The notes: a model not told the origin generated them from the letters alone. Positions 37,687 to 47,790 are shown, numbered from the stretch's first letter. The stretch is 64,000 bases of DNA from an uncultured Pseudomonadales bacterium (GCA_964447905.1 CAYUUK010000007.1:513-64512); one strand, 5' to 3'. Numbers and translations are program-made.

Positions 37687-39855
37687 TTAGTCTTCGAGTC
37701 GAGAGATGGTGTCGCGAATCTGTGCCGCTAGCTCAAAATTCCAGTCTTTGGCCGCATTGTTCATGACACGTTGCAGTTTGCGCGTGAGTGATTTTTTGTC
37801 GCTCGGCGTGAGTGTGGCAGGTTCGATGGACTCCAAAACGAGGGACTCTGTTTTATTGAGTTCGACTACTGTGCCCTGTGGCGTGGCGGTCTTTTCAAAT
37901 GGTTGCTGGTGCGTTTTTTCTTTGAGTGTAAACACTCCTGGTGTTGTGGACGGGGTGGTGCGTTTAATGAGTTGTTCCCGGATTGGTTTGGCGATGGTTG
38001 TGGGGGTAATACCGTGCTCTTCGTTATACGCGATTTGGATTTCGCGGCGGCGCTCGACTTCATCGATGGCGGCCTGCATGGACTTGGTCATGCGGTTAGC
38101 GTAGAGAATGACGCGGCCTTCCACGTGACGCGCGGCGCGACCCATGGTTTGGATGAGCGAGCTCGTGGAGCGCAGGAAGCCTTCTTGGTCGGCGTCCAAA
38201 ATGGCTACCAGAGTGACTTCTGGCAGGTCGAGGCCTTCCCGGAGGAGGTTTACCCCAATGAGCACGTCGTAGGCGCCACGACGGAGTTGCTCGAGGATCT
38301 CGCTGCGGTCGATGGTATCGATATCGGAGTGCAGATACTGCACTTTGGGGAGTTCCACATTGTGCCAGTCAATCTCGTAGCCGTGGTCTTTGAGGAGTTT
38401 TTCCACTTTCGATTTGTTGTTGAGGTACTGGGTCAGCACTTCAGCCATTTTTTTGGTGAGGGTGGTGACTAAAACGCGTTGGCCGCGTTCTTTGCGCACA
38501 AAAATTTCGTGAATGAGGTTGGGAATTTGGCCATCGACGGAGCGAATTTCTACCGGCGGGTCAACTAAACCCGTTGGCCGGACAATTTGCTCGACGACAT
38601 GGTGCTGGCTTTGTTCGATTTCCCACTCGTTGGGTGTGGCCGACACGTACATGGTTTGGTCGAGCCGGTCTTGAAACTCATGGAACTGCAGCGGACGGTT
38701 ATCAATTGCTGCCGGCAAGCGGAATCCGTACTCGATGAGGGTTTCCTTTCGTGAACGGTCGCCAGCGTACATGCCACGGACTTGTGGGGCGGTAATATGG
38801 CTCTCATCAAGAATAGTTAAGAACTGGCCGTCCCCAAACTTTTTGGCGTTGTAGTGGAAGTAGTCTAAGAGCGTGAACGGTGGTTCGCCTGGCTGGCGGC
38901 CGTCAAAGTAGCGGGAGTAGTTTTCGATGCCGTTCACAAATCCAACTTCGCGAATCATGTCTACGTCGTGGAGAGTGCGTTGTTCCAGGCGATAGGCCTC
39001 GACGACCTTGTTTTGCGCTTTGAGTTCTTCAACGCGTTGACGCATGTCGGTCTCGATTTGGGTGAGTGTGTCATGTACGTCGGTACCGGCAATGTAGTGT
39101 TTGGCCGGGTAGAGGCGAGTGCGTTTCGGGGCGTAGTCGCCGGTCATGGGGACCGGTTCGTTCCAGCGCTCGCCATTCGTGGGGTCAATGCGGTCGAGGC
39201 GTTCGATGGTGTCGGCGGGCATGGCGAGTGAGAGGGCCCAATTTTCGTTGGCGGGCCAGATTTGGATACGGTCACCACGAATGCGGAAGGTACCACGCAA
39301 GAGGTCGGCGGTAGTCCGCATGTACTGCATGTCAATCAAACGCTGAATGAGTGTTTGGCGGGAAATAATTTCGCCTTCAATAAGGTCGAGCGCGTGTGTC
39401 GCAAAGTCTTCCGGTTTTCCCAAGGCGTAGATACACGATACAGAGGAGACGACAATAGTGTCTGGGCGGGAGAGTAAGTTGGCTGTGGCCCCGAGGCGAA
39501 GTTTGTCGATTTCGTCGTTGATGGTGGCCTCTTTTTCGATGTAGGTGTCGCTGCTCACAATATAGGCTTCAGGTTGGTAGTAGTCGTAGTACGACACAAA
39601 GTAGCTGACGGCGTTGTCTGGGAAAAAGTCGCGGAACTCTTGGTAGAGCTGCGCGGCGAGGGTTTTGTTGTGGGCAATGACGAGTGTGGGTTGTTGCAGG
39701 TTCTGGATAACTTGCGCCATAGTATACGTTTTCCCAGAGCCAGTAACTCCCAACAGAACCTGATCCTTTTGACCGCTGCGGTACTGCTCGGTGAGCTGCT
39801 CGATGGCCTTGGGTTGGTCACCGGCTGGCTGGTAAGAAGATTTGAGGGAAAACAT
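37687..39855 (-). CDS. uvrB: Excinuclease ABC subunit B
   Basis: PAGDQPKAI, LGVTGSGKT, YFVSYYDYYQPEAY, DESH, NLLREGLD and a C-terminal UVR motif. Confidence 0.97.
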   Translation of the reverse strand: MFSLKSSYQPAGDQPKAIEQLTEQYRSGQKDQVLLGVTGSGKTYTMAQVIQNLQQPTLVIAHNKTLAAQLYQEFRDFFPDNAVSYFVSYYDYYQPEAYIVSSDTYIEKEATINDEIDKLRLGATANLLSRPDTIVVSSVSCIYALGKPEDFATHALDLIEGEIISRQTLIQRLIDMQYMRTTADLLRGTFRIRGDRIQIWPANENWALSLAMPADTIERLDRIDPTNGERWNEPVPMTGDYAPKRTRLYPAKHYIAGTDVHDTLTQIETDMRQRVEELKAQNKVVEAYRLEQRTLHDVDMIREVGFVNGIENYSRYFDGRQPGEPPFTLLDYFHYNAKKFGDGQFLTILDESHITAPQVRGMYAGDRSRKETLIEYGFRLPAAIDNRPLQFHEFQDRLDQTMYVSATPNEWEIEQSQHHVVEQIVRPTGLVDPPVEIRSVDGQIPNLIHEIFVRKERGQRVLVTTLTKKMAEVLTQYLNNKSKVEKLLKDHGYEIDWHNVELPKVQYLHSDIDTIDRSEILEQLRRGAYDVLIGVNLLREGLDLPEVTLVAILDADQEGFLRSTSSLIQTMGRAARHVEGRVILYANRMTKSMQAAIDEVERRREIQIAYNEEHGITPTTIAKPIREQLIKRTTPSTTPGVFTLKEKTHQQPFEKTATPQGTVVELNKTESLVLESIEPATLTPSDKKSLTRKLQRVMNNAAKDWNFELAAQIRDTISRLED

Positions 39856-39949
39856 GAAGGTCTATTATAGCAGGCAGAAAAAAACGAAACTGGTCGCCTT
39901 TTTATGACACTTGCTTGTGTGTCTTTCGGTGTGTTATGCGTTGGTGAGG

Positions 39950-41707
39950 TTACTCAATGTACTGGAATGAACCCTCGACCACTCGAAGCCCTGGAATAGG
40001 GGTGGAAGAAGAAGTAGCTGATGGTGTTTCACTGGTTTGTGCTGGTTGGAGGGTGTTGATGAGCCGGCGCAGCGTAGCAATTCCAAATGCGAGTCCAGTT
40101 CGAGCGACGGTTAAGGAGTGGTCGATGGAAAACTCTCCATCTTCTTCTTTGAGTTCGATAGCAAATTGGGTGAGTGTCTTTTGTGGCTGATCCTGACGAT
40201 TGGCTTCAACAGTACCTGTCGTTTGGGGTCCCTGAATAATTTCAATGTTGAGCTGTCTATTCTTAAAGAAATTCTTTCCTTGGTGAATGCGCGCTTCATA
40301 GGCGTATCCGTTTTCTGTCCATTGGAGTGCATACCCCTTGGAGGGGAGATTGCTCGGATTTTCTGGAGTTGTTGTTTCTGCGTTTTCTTCACAGAGGTTC
40401 CAGAGCTCTTGCGTTTGCTCCATGAGTTCTTCGGCATCCAGTCGAGCGTTTAGTTCCTGGAGGGTAAGGAGGTCGACATCGAGTTGGGTGAGAGGCCGCT
40501 CTTTTTGGCGTGGTTTTGCTTCGCGGTACTGGTAGGTTTGTTCGTTGGTTTTTTCTACGAGGGGATACAATTGCTCGGGCAAGAGGTACTCATGACGTGA
40601 AAGTGTCTCGGTTTTATTTGTATCTGAATTACGTTGAGTAACAGTGACTGTGATCTTTTTTTTGTCAGAAGAAGGTTGAATGATCAGATTTGTTCGTTCG
40701 CCAAGTGGAATGAGAGTGTGCTGGCTTTTAGTAATTTCATGAAGGAATCGCGTGCCTGGTTCATTTTTTACCCTGTACATATTAGGATTATTTTTTCTCT
40801 CTATAAGAACATTACTCGTGCCGCGCATGCCCGGACCTATTCCTAAAGATTCTTCTAAAGGTTGTGAAAAATATAACTCGATGTCCCAGAAGAGAGGGGA
40901 CTCAGCGTTCTTGTCATCGGTTTTTTCTCTTGTAAAAGTTACTTTCTCTCTTATTCGTGGATCACTAAATATTTTTGGTTGCTCTTCTTTTGGGATTGGG
41001 CGTGAAGTTTCTTCTAGGAATTCCTTCTTAGACATCGGCCAAAGTAAGTATGGTGAGTCTAGTTTGGCTATAGGTTTAGGATTTTCTAGATGCTGCCGTA
41101 TTACTGATTGTCTTGTTAGATGAGTGTCTACTTTGCCTAATACAAATTGTAAGGATTCTTGCAGTGATGGATCTTGTAAAAGAACTGGCTCTTTTGCTTT
41201 ATTGGCACTGTAGCCAGTATTAACGAAATACACTGATCCACTCGGTGCGACCGACGGATCAACCGCGGCGTGAACGAACTGAGTCTTAGTAAGGAGTTGG
41301 GTTGGCACTCCATTTTCAAATTGAATTACTGAGATATCGGCATGCCAGTGTGGTGAGTCAGAAGATGATTGCGCTGCCTTTTTTGCTATTTTGAACTGGA
41401 AGCCGCGGGTGCCTTCCTTGGTTCTCCATTTGTAAAATATCAAAATACCTTCGTTTTTTTCAATTTCTGCACCATTCGAAATAATTTCATTAACGATGTC
41501 ATTCTTTACAATTTGGTCTATCAATTGAGCTATTTTTTGAATGCTTGGCTCTGCCTCAGCCTCAACAAGTTTAAAGTTTCTCCCTTCAGTAAGGGGAACG
41601 AAATCAGGAAATGCTTTTTTGGCAGGGCTCTCCTTGGGCCAGTACGCAAGGTTTGGTCCTGGGTATTCACGGACGGTTGGTGTGCGCTTTCGAATTGCTT
41701 TTACCAT
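39950..41707 (-). CDS. Hypothetical protein (585 aa), AT-richer than its neighbours
   Basis: Long ORF with TATAGT 8 nt upstream of the ATG; no recognisable motif. Confidence 0.75.
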   Translation of the reverse strand: MVKAIRKRTPTVREYPGPNLAYWPKESPAKKAFPDFVPLTEGRNFKLVEAEAEPSIQKIAQLIDQIVKNDIVNEIISNGAEIEKNEGILIFYKWRTKEGTRGFQFKIAKKAAQSSSDSPHWHADISVIQFENGVPTQLLTKTQFVHAAVDPSVAPSGSVYFVNTGYSANKAKEPVLLQDPSLQESLQFVLGKVDTHLTRQSVIRQHLENPKPIAKLDSPYLLWPMSKKEFLEETSRPIPKEEQPKIFSDPRIREKVTFTREKTDDKNAESPLFWDIELYFSQPLEESLGIGPGMRGTSNVLIERKNNPNMYRVKNEPGTRFLHEITKSQHTLIPLGERTNLIIQPSSDKKKITVTVTQRNSDTNKTETLSRHEYLLPEQLYPLVEKTNEQTYQYREAKPRQKERPLTQLDVDLLTLQELNARLDAEELMEQTQELWNLCEENAETTTPENPSNLPSKGYALQWTENGYAYEARIHQGKNFFKNRQLNIEIIQGPQTTGTVEANRQDQPQKTLTQFAIELKEEDGEFSIDHSLTVARTGLAFGIATLRRLINTLQPAQTSETPSATSSSTPIPGLRVVEGSFQYIE

Positions 41708-41829
41708 GTTTGCTCACTATAGTATTTTTCCATTTTAAAAACAAGAATTCAGTTTGTATGTTTTGAGATAGTTTTGATACTGAAAGATGATATTTACAAC
41801 GCTCCTTCATTTTGGGTATTGTATGTGTA

Positions 41830-41862
41830 GTTCGGTGATTGTTCGCCGGAAATGAACCCGAA
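41830..41862. promoter_or_regulatory. Candidate LexA operator (GTTCG direct repeat, 11-bp period)
   Basis: GTTC-GGTGATT-GTTC upstream of lexA, plus the inverted half-sites CGGAA and CCGAA at 41847 and 41858. Confidence 0.5.
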
Positions 41863-41920
41863 AGAAAACGCACGAGTAGTGAGTGGCACAGGAGCCACTG
41901 CTTCTCCAGAAAGGCCGCCC

Positions 41921-42541
41921 ATGGCAGTAACGCTGTACCGCCGTCAACGACAGATTGTAGACTTTATCGCGCAGTATATTCAAATGAATAACTATTCGCC
42001 AACGTTGCAAGAAATTGCCGACGCAATTGGGGTGTCATCTTTAGCCACAGTGCACGAGCACTTGTGTGCGCTCGAGAAAAAACGAGTGATTCGTCGTGCC
42101 GACGGTGCTGTGCGCGGTATCGAACTCATGGACCGAACTTTTCTGAAAATTTCTGAAGGTATTGATTTGCCAATTCTTGGTTTCGTGGCGGCTGGTCGTC
42201 CAATCGAACCCTACACCGATCCCAATGCCACCTTTAAAGTTTCCCCTCACTTGGTATCTGGCAAAAGACGGGCCTATGTTCTTCAGGTAAAAGGTGAGTC
42301 AATGATTGAAGACGGAATCCTCGACGGTGATTACGTAGTTATCGAAGAGCAGGAAGATGTGCGCGATGGCGACATCGTCGTAGCACTGCTAGACAATGGT
42401 TTGGCGACACTCAAGCGTTTCTATCGTGAAGCCACCCGGATTCGCCTCGAGCCAGCAAATGCTACCATGTCTCCTATCTACGCTACGAATGTAAAAATTC
42501 AAGGACGCTGCGTTGGCCTTATTCGCAAGTTTATTGCGTGA
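41921..42541 (+). CDS. lexA: SOS repressor LexA
   Basis: SPTLQEIA..SSLATVHEHL, VAAG cleavage site, VKGESM, ATLKR. Start reassigned to MAVTLY after GAAAGG. Confidence 0.95.
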   Translation: MAVTLYRRQRQIVDFIAQYIQMNNYSPTLQEIADAIGVSSLATVHEHLCALEKKRVIRRADGAVRGIELMDRTFLKISEGIDLPILGFVAAGRPIEPYTDPNATFKVSPHLVSGKRRAYVLQVKGESMIEDGILDGDYVVIEEQEDVRDGDIVVALLDNGLATLKRFYREATRIRLEPANATMSPIYATNVKIQGRCVGLIRKFIA

Positions 42542-43451
42542 GAACTTCTGCCTGGCTAGAGGTCTGCTGAATTTTCTGTAGCCATGTGTACTGTTTCTTA
42601 GCGTAGTGGTGTTCTTGTCGAGTCCACAAGGTAGTTGCCGCATCTCTCGATATGCGGCCCTCTAGAAAACTGCGAAGGAATTTATATCCTGTGGCTGAAA
42701 ATGCTGGGGAGTTCCAATCGTCATATTTTTGCATTAATGTTTCGGTTTCGTGGAGTGCTCCATTTTGCATCCTGGATATTACTCGTTCGGCAATGGCTGT
42801 TTTGACACGTTCTTTGGGTGGACTGAGGAGGATGAGTTGATACTCATTTTCTTTGAGGTGTGGTTTGGGCACACTGTACTCACTTTCAGCCGTTTCAATA
42901 GCCCGCACCAGCCGGCGGGGGTTACTTCGGTCCGATGCGTTCATGCTCTTCCATTTATCTGAATGCATCTGTTCCAGTCTTTTTTGGAGTGCAGGCACGG
43001 TTTCGTCTTTGAGTTCAGCGCGCAGCTCGTGATTAACGGGCGCGAACAAGGTCTCTGGTGGGTCAATCAGTACATTGGCATAAGGCCACGATCCACCAAG
43101 AAGTATCAGTGGTTTGTTATCCTGTCGGTGTGTTTCAAGAATACTTTGTGCGTAGCGGTAGAAATGAGCGATGCTCCAGGCTTCTGTAGGGAGTTTGAGG
43201 TCAAAGCCGAACAGTGTCGTCTGTCCGTTCGAATAGACTGGGTTTTTCTGCAAATGAGGAGAGCTGGCATCCTGCAGCAAAAAATCTTCAGGAATGTCTT
43301 TGCCGGTAACAATATCCATGTCTTGATACACATGGCGAGAGTCAAAGGACACTATATTTGCCCCTGATTTACGTGCCTCCTGGAGTGCCCAGCTGCTTTT
43401 TCCACTTGCGGTTGGTCCATACAGAATGGTGAAGAGTCTTGAAGTGTGCAT
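42531..43451 (-). CDS. miaA: tRNA dimethylallyltransferase (divergent)
   Basis: GPTASGKS, DSRHVY..DIVTGK, NPRRLVRAIE, ATGYK, HYAKKQYTW. Confidence 0.85.
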   Translation of the reverse strand: MHTSRLFTILYGPTASGKSSWALQEARKSGANIVSFDSRHVYQDMDIVTGKDIPEDFLLQDASSPHLQKNPVYSNGQTTLFGFDLKLPTEAWSIAHFYRYAQSILETHRQDNKPLILLGGSWPYANVLIDPPETLFAPVNHELRAELKDETVPALQKRLEQMHSDKWKSMNASDRSNPRRLVRAIETAESEYSVPKPHLKENEYQLILLSPPKERVKTAIAERVISRMQNGALHETETLMQKYDDWNSPAFSATGYKFLRSFLEGRISRDAATTLWTRQEHHYAKKQYTWLQKIQQTSSQAEVLTQ

Positions 43452-43460
43452 ACGATACTT

Positions 43461-44150
43461 TTAGGTGAGTTGTAATCGGTACCCAAGTCCATAGATTGAC
43501 TCGATGGTGACTTGGAGTGGTTGCAGTTTCTTACGAAGTCTTTGGATAGTAACGTGGACTGCGCTACGAGTAATGGTACTGTGACCTTTTTCCCAGTAGA
43601 TTTGTTGCAGATCATCTTTGGTAACGTGTCCATCGTGAGTCTGCAGGAAAATTCGTAAAAACTCACTTTCTCTTTGACTGAGACGCACAGTGCTCTCGAG
43701 CCGACAAGCCATGCGGCTTTGGGTGTCAAAATTGAGGTCGGCATACATGACCTGTGCTGTTCTTTGGACCGGTCCTCTCTTGAGTAGTGTCTTCAAGTGC
43801 AGCTGGATAGAGCGAGGAGTGAGCGGTTTGGTGAGAAAAGCATCGGCGCCAAGTTTCAAGGCTTCCATACGCAGTGTTTCGTCGCTATTGCTTGTCAGTA
43901 CACATATTTTGGTATGGTTGTTGTCATGAATGATTTGCGAAATGAGTTCTAGGCCGGTGCCGTCTGGCAAGCTATAGTCGACGATTACAATATCGTAGGG
44001 AGTTTGTCTGAGAGCAATATGCTGAACACCCCCGTGGAAGGTGGTGACGGCGTCAACGCGAAAGTCTGGGCGTAAAAAATGAACGAGATTTTGAGTAAGA
44101 GCAGCGTTATCTTCCACAATAAGGATTGATGGGCGGTGACTGCGAGACAT
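43461..44150 (-). CDS. OmpR/PhoB-family response regulator
   Basis: ILIVEDN, VDYSLPDGTG, GADAFLTKP and a winged helix (LSQRESEFL..RLRKKL..IYGLGYRL). Confidence 0.9.
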   Translation of the reverse strand: MSRSHRPSILIVEDNAALTQNLVHFLRPDFRVDAVTTFHGGVQHIALRQTPYDIVIVDYSLPDGTGLELISQIIHDNNHTKICVLTSNSDETLRMEALKLGADAFLTKPLTPRSIQLHLKTLLKRGPVQRTAQVMYADLNFDTQSRMACRLESTVRLSQRESEFLRIFLQTHDGHVTKDDLQQIYWEKGHSTITRSAVHVTIQRLRKKLQPLQVTIESIYGLGYRLQLT

Positions 44151-44172
44151 GAAAGCAATTATATCGTACGTG

Positions 44173-44190
44173 ATAACAAAAAAATAACAA
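44173..44190 (-). promoter_or_regulatory. Pho-box-like direct repeat TTGTTAT-N4-TTGTTAT
   Basis: 11-bp period; sits 9 nt upstream of the TATAAT (44158-44163, - strand) of the response regulator gene. Confidence 0.5.
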
Positions 44191-44220
44191 TTTTTTTTAA
44201 AACAGCTTTTTGTAGTCTGG

Positions 44221-44490
44221 TTACTCTATACGAATAATCTGTTCATTTGGGCGCTGACGCTGCAGTTGTTCTCGAGCTCGTCGCTCGAGCTCAAAACTAC
44301 TCGTGGCGTTTTCTACTTCCTGTCGCATGTGCTCTGTCTGCTGTTCTAAAAGCTCAACCGCTTTTTCTTCCTCTTTAATATTTTGTAAAGCTTGGTAGGA
44401 TGTCAAAATGGTTCGTAAAAATGAGATCACTAAAAGCGCGATAAAAATCACGGCTATGAGGCGAATGAGGAGCGTTGTAAGTGATTTCAT
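44221..44490 (-). CDS. Septum formation initiator (FtsB/DivIC-like)
   Basis: Single TM, coiled coil, then ELERRAREQL..RPNEQII. Confidence 0.75.
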   Translation of the reverse strand: MKSLTTLLIRLIAVIFIALLVISFLRTILTSYQALQNIKEEEKAVELLEQQTEHMRQEVENATSSFELERRAREQLQRQRPNEQIIRIE

Positions 44491-44517
44491 AGTGGTGTGA
44501 GTGTGTCTTTATAAGAC

Positions 44518-44547
44518 ACTTGACTTAATATTATCGGACATTACAAT
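44518..44547 (+). promoter_or_regulatory. Sigma70-type promoter of the xer gene, overlapping dif-like half-sites
   Basis: TTGACT-16 nt-TACAAT; ACTTGACTTAA-ta-TTATCGGACA. Confidence 0.45.
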
Positions 44548-44620
44548 AAACAGTACTGCTGCATTGTAGTATAAGCGAATTGAAACGCATACTCTGCGGT
44601 AGTATCTTGAGAAGAAGATT

Positions 44621-45478
44621 ATGTGGAAACAACAAATTGACGAGTATGTCGAATGGCTCAAACGTTCAGGAAAAGCTGATGCTACGATTGTTGCCTATCA
44701 AAAAGATATTGAGCAGCTCGCTGAGTTTCTGTTAAAAGGTGGCAAAACTGATTTTCAGCAGGTAATCACTGAAGATGTTGAGGCCTACAAGGCACAACTT
44801 ACTAAGAATCGTTACACCGATAAATCTATTTCTCGCAAACTCAACTCAGTAAAATCTTTTTTTAAGTATTTAGTCGAAAAAGATATTGTTGCTGAGAATC
44901 CTGTGCGTAAGGTTTCTCACCCCAAGTACAAAGTATCCCCTCCGCGTATTTTGGCCCGTATGGAGTATCGTGCTTTGCGTGATGCTTGTAAGACCGACGC
45001 TCGCATGAGTGCTGTTGTAGAACTTTTGTTACAAACAGGAGTGAGGATTAGCGAGTTAGCTGCTTTGCAGGTAGAAGACATATCAGTTGAGAAAAAAGAA
45101 CTGTTTATCCGTGCTCATGGCTCACATCCTTCTCGAATAGTGCCTTTAAATGAAACCGCCCTAGAGGCTATTCAGCTCTACCAAAAGATTCGTCCTCGCA
45201 CAAAAGAGCGCACCTTTTTCTTAACGAAAAGCTGTCGGCCCTTTCTAGTGCGTAATATTCGAAGTGCCATTGATCGCTACTTTAAAGTTGCCGGAATTAC
45301 TGACGCAAAAGTAAACGACTTGCGGCACACCTTTATTGTTGAGCAGTTGTCTGCCGGTGTTCCCTTGGTCAATGTGAGCAAGATTGTGGGACACAAGCGA
45401 ATTTCTACTACTGAACGATATCTTCAATTCCTAGATTTAGAAGATATGCACACCAACGTAGAGATTCGTGAACTCTAA
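44621..45478 (+). CDS. XerC/XerD-family tyrosine recombinase
   Basis: N-terminal SAM-like domain (TIVAYQKD, SRKLNSVKSFF), TGVRISEL, NDLRHTF, VGH..ISTTERY. Confidence 0.85.
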   Translation: MWKQQIDEYVEWLKRSGKADATIVAYQKDIEQLAEFLLKGGKTDFQQVITEDVEAYKAQLTKNRYTDKSISRKLNSVKSFFKYLVEKDIVAENPVRKVSHPKYKVSPPRILARMEYRALRDACKTDARMSAVVELLLQTGVRISELAALQVEDISVEKKELFIRAHGSHPSRIVPLNETALEAIQLYQKIRPRTKERTFFLTKSCRPFLVRNIRSAIDRYFKVAGITDAKVNDLRHTFIVEQLSAGVPLVNVSKIVGHKRISTTERYLQFLDLEDMHTNVEIREL

Positions 45479-45523
45479 GAAACCGTAGCAGTTTGTGTAT
45501 TTTCGCCTGTTATAATAGCGGTC

Positions 45524-45874
45524 ATGAAGCCTAGCATTTCTTTCCCCGATTGGTTACAAGTAGACGTTCGACTCGGAACTATAGTCGAAGCATCAAACCC
45601 AGAATGGTCAAATAAGCTCATTGAACTTCATGTAGATTTCGGTGAGGAACTGGGCGAGCGAACTATTTTCACCGCAATGCGTGACTTTAAAAGCCCTGAT
45701 GATTTTGCTGGTAAGCAGGCACTATTTTTAGTGAACTTACCTCCCAAAAAAATGGGTGAACATGTCAGTGAAGGCATGATCTTAGCACTTGAGGCACCAA
45801 ACACAGATAGTAATTCAGAACCAGTTATGCTACTGTTTGACAACATTGCGCCAAATGGCTCACAGATTGCATAG
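45524..45874 (+). CDS. tRNA-binding OB-fold protein (Trbp111/CsaA/MetRS C-terminus-like)
   Basis: VDVRLGTI, VDFGEELGERTI, LVNLPPKKMG..SEGMIL. Confidence 0.85.
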   Translation: MKPSISFPDWLQVDVRLGTIVEASNPEWSNKLIELHVDFGEELGERTIFTAMRDFKSPDDFAGKQALFLVNLPPKKMGEHVSEGMILALEAPNTDSNSEPVMLLFDNIAPNGSQIA

Positions 45875-45891
45875 ATATATATAAGGATAAT

Positions 45892-47790
45892 ATGGCACAA
45901 AAGAAGACTTCCAATACTTCACAAGAGACTGGCTCAAAGAAGCCTGCACCAAAAAAAGAAGGCCGACGATTAGAGATGCAGTTTAATTTTAATCCGCGTC
46001 GCATGTTTGTGTGGCTTTTGCTTGGATTATTGTTTTTACCGCTTTTGGTAAATATTTTCTTTGGTGCGAATCGAGAAGATGTGGCGTTGTCGCAACTTTT
46101 GCAAGATGTGCGTTCAGAGCAAGTGGAGTCTGTAGAAGTCACAGGTGCTGAGGTTGCCTTGCAGTACAGCGATGGTACTGAGAAGAAGTCTCGCATGGAA
46201 AATGGCCAAGATTTTGTGAGCTTGCTCGACCAAATTGGCGTTGATCCAACCTCGGTTGAAATTTCCGTTCGCGGCATGACCGCGGCCTCACTGTTCTGGG
46301 ACTTTGTGGTGAACTTCTTGCCACTTCTCCTCATGGTAGTGTTCTTCTTATTCCTCTTCCGCCAAGCACGTGGCGCCCAAGGCGACATGCTCGGATTCGG
46401 AAAGAGCAAAGCGAAGTTCTTTGTAAAAGGCAAACAGGATATCAGCTTCAAAGATGTTGGTGGTATGAAGGAAGCCAAACAAGAACTCGAAGAAATTGTT
46501 GACTTCATGAAGCATCCAAAAAAGTATCGTGATCTTGGTGCTCGTACACCAAAGGGTGTGCTCTTGGTCGGTCCGGCGGGAACCGGTAAGACCTTACTGG
46601 CACGCGCCGTGGCAGGAGAAGCGGGTGTGTCCTATCTCTCGATTGCTGGTTCTGAGTTTATGGAGATGTTAGTTGGTGTCGGTGCTGCTCGGGTACGTGA
46701 CTTGTTTGAAACCGCTAAAAAAATGGCCCCGGCCATTATCTTTATTGACGAAATCGACGCTATTGGTCGTAAGCGCGGAAACTCTAGCGGTGTTGGGAGC
46801 CATGACGAGCGCGAACAAACGCTCAACCAAATCTTGGTCGAGATGGATGGTTTCACCCCCAAAGACAATGTGGTTGTCTTGGCCGCTACGAACCGTGGTG
46901 ATGTTCTCGACCCAGCTTTGACCCGTCCAGGTCGTTTTGACCGCCGTGTGTCGGTGACATTGCCAGATATTGAGGAGCGTAAGAAGGTGCTCGCGATTCA
47001 TAGTGAAAACAAACCATTTACCGATGATGTGAACTGGGAGGTCGTAGCTAAGCGGACCGTTGGTTTCTCTGGCGCGGACCTGGAAAACATGCTCAACGAA
47101 GCTGCTATTTTAGCTGCTCGTGAGAATAAGAAGAAGATCGATATGAAGGATATTGAAGAGGCTGCTCTGAAGGTCAAGTTAGGACCTTCTAAAAAGCGTC
47201 TGCAGTCTGAGTACGAGCGTCGTATGACGGCGTACCATGAAGTCGGTCACGCTATTGTGGCGCATATGTTGCCGCATGCTGATCGTGTGCACCGAGTTTC
47301 GATTGTTTCTCGTGGTTCTGCGCTTGGATTCACCTTGACTCCGCCAGATAAAGATAAGTATCAAGAAACGCGATCGGAAATGATGGCGGAGATGGCCGTC
47401 CTGTTAGGTGGTCGTGTGGCGGAAGATGTCTTCTTTAATGAACTTACTGGTGGAGCATCGAGCGATATCAGGAAAGTAACCGCGGTGGCCCGTCATATGG
47501 TTCTCGATTACGGTATGAGTGAACTTGGTCCGATCAACTTTAGTCCAGCTATGGATGAGCGTGGATACTCTGGTACAGAGTATCGGCCTTCCCCAGATAT
47601 TCAGGCTAAGGTTGACGCGGAAATGACTCGTTTGGTAGCCGAAGCTGAGAAGGTAACTCGTAAGCTTATTGATACCCATCGTAAGACAATGGATCGAGTA
47701 GTCGAGAAACTTCTGGAAGTTGAGACGCTCGAAGCTGAAGACTTTGAAGAGTTGGTGGGAGCTCCCAAAGCTACCGTTGACGAGAAGTAA
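45892..47790 (+). CDS. ftsH: ATP-dependent zinc metalloprotease FtsH
   Basis: Two TMs, [30 protein letters not shown]. Confidence 0.97.
   Translation: MAQKKTSNTSQETGSKKPAPKKEGRRLEMQFNFNPRRMFVWLLLGLLFLPLLVNIFFGANREDVALSQLLQDVRSEQVESVEVTGAEVALQYSDGTEKKSRMENGQDFVSLLDQIGVDPTSVEISVRGMTAASLFWDFVVNFLPLLLMVVFFLFLFRQARGAQGDMLGFGKSKAKFFVKGKQDISFKDVGGMKEAKQELEEIVDFMKHPKKYRDLGARTPKGVLLVGPAGTGKTLLARAVAGEAGVSYLSIAGSEFMEMLVGVGAARVRDLFETAKKMAPAIIFIDEIDAIGRKRGNSSGVGSHDEREQTLNQILVEMDGFTPKDNVVVLAATNRGDVLDPALTRPGRFDRRVSVTLPDIEERKKVLAIHSENKPFTDDVNWEVVAKRTVGFSGADLENMLNEAAILAARENKKKIDMKDIEEAALKVKLGPSKKRLQSEYERRMTAYHEVGHAIVAHMLPHADRVHRVSIVSRGSALGFTLTPPDKDKYQETRSEMMAEMAVLLGGRVAEDVFFNELTGGASSDIRKVTAVARHMVLDYGMSELGPINFSPAMDERGYSGTEYRPSPDIQAKVDAEMTRLVAEAEKVTRKLIDTHRKTMDRVVEKLLEVETLEAEDFEELVGAPKATVDEK

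Noticed and set aside
44621-45478. Tyrosine recombinase as a prophage or island integrase
   Set aside because: Xer-like size, flanked by core genes, with no att duplication or cargo seen.
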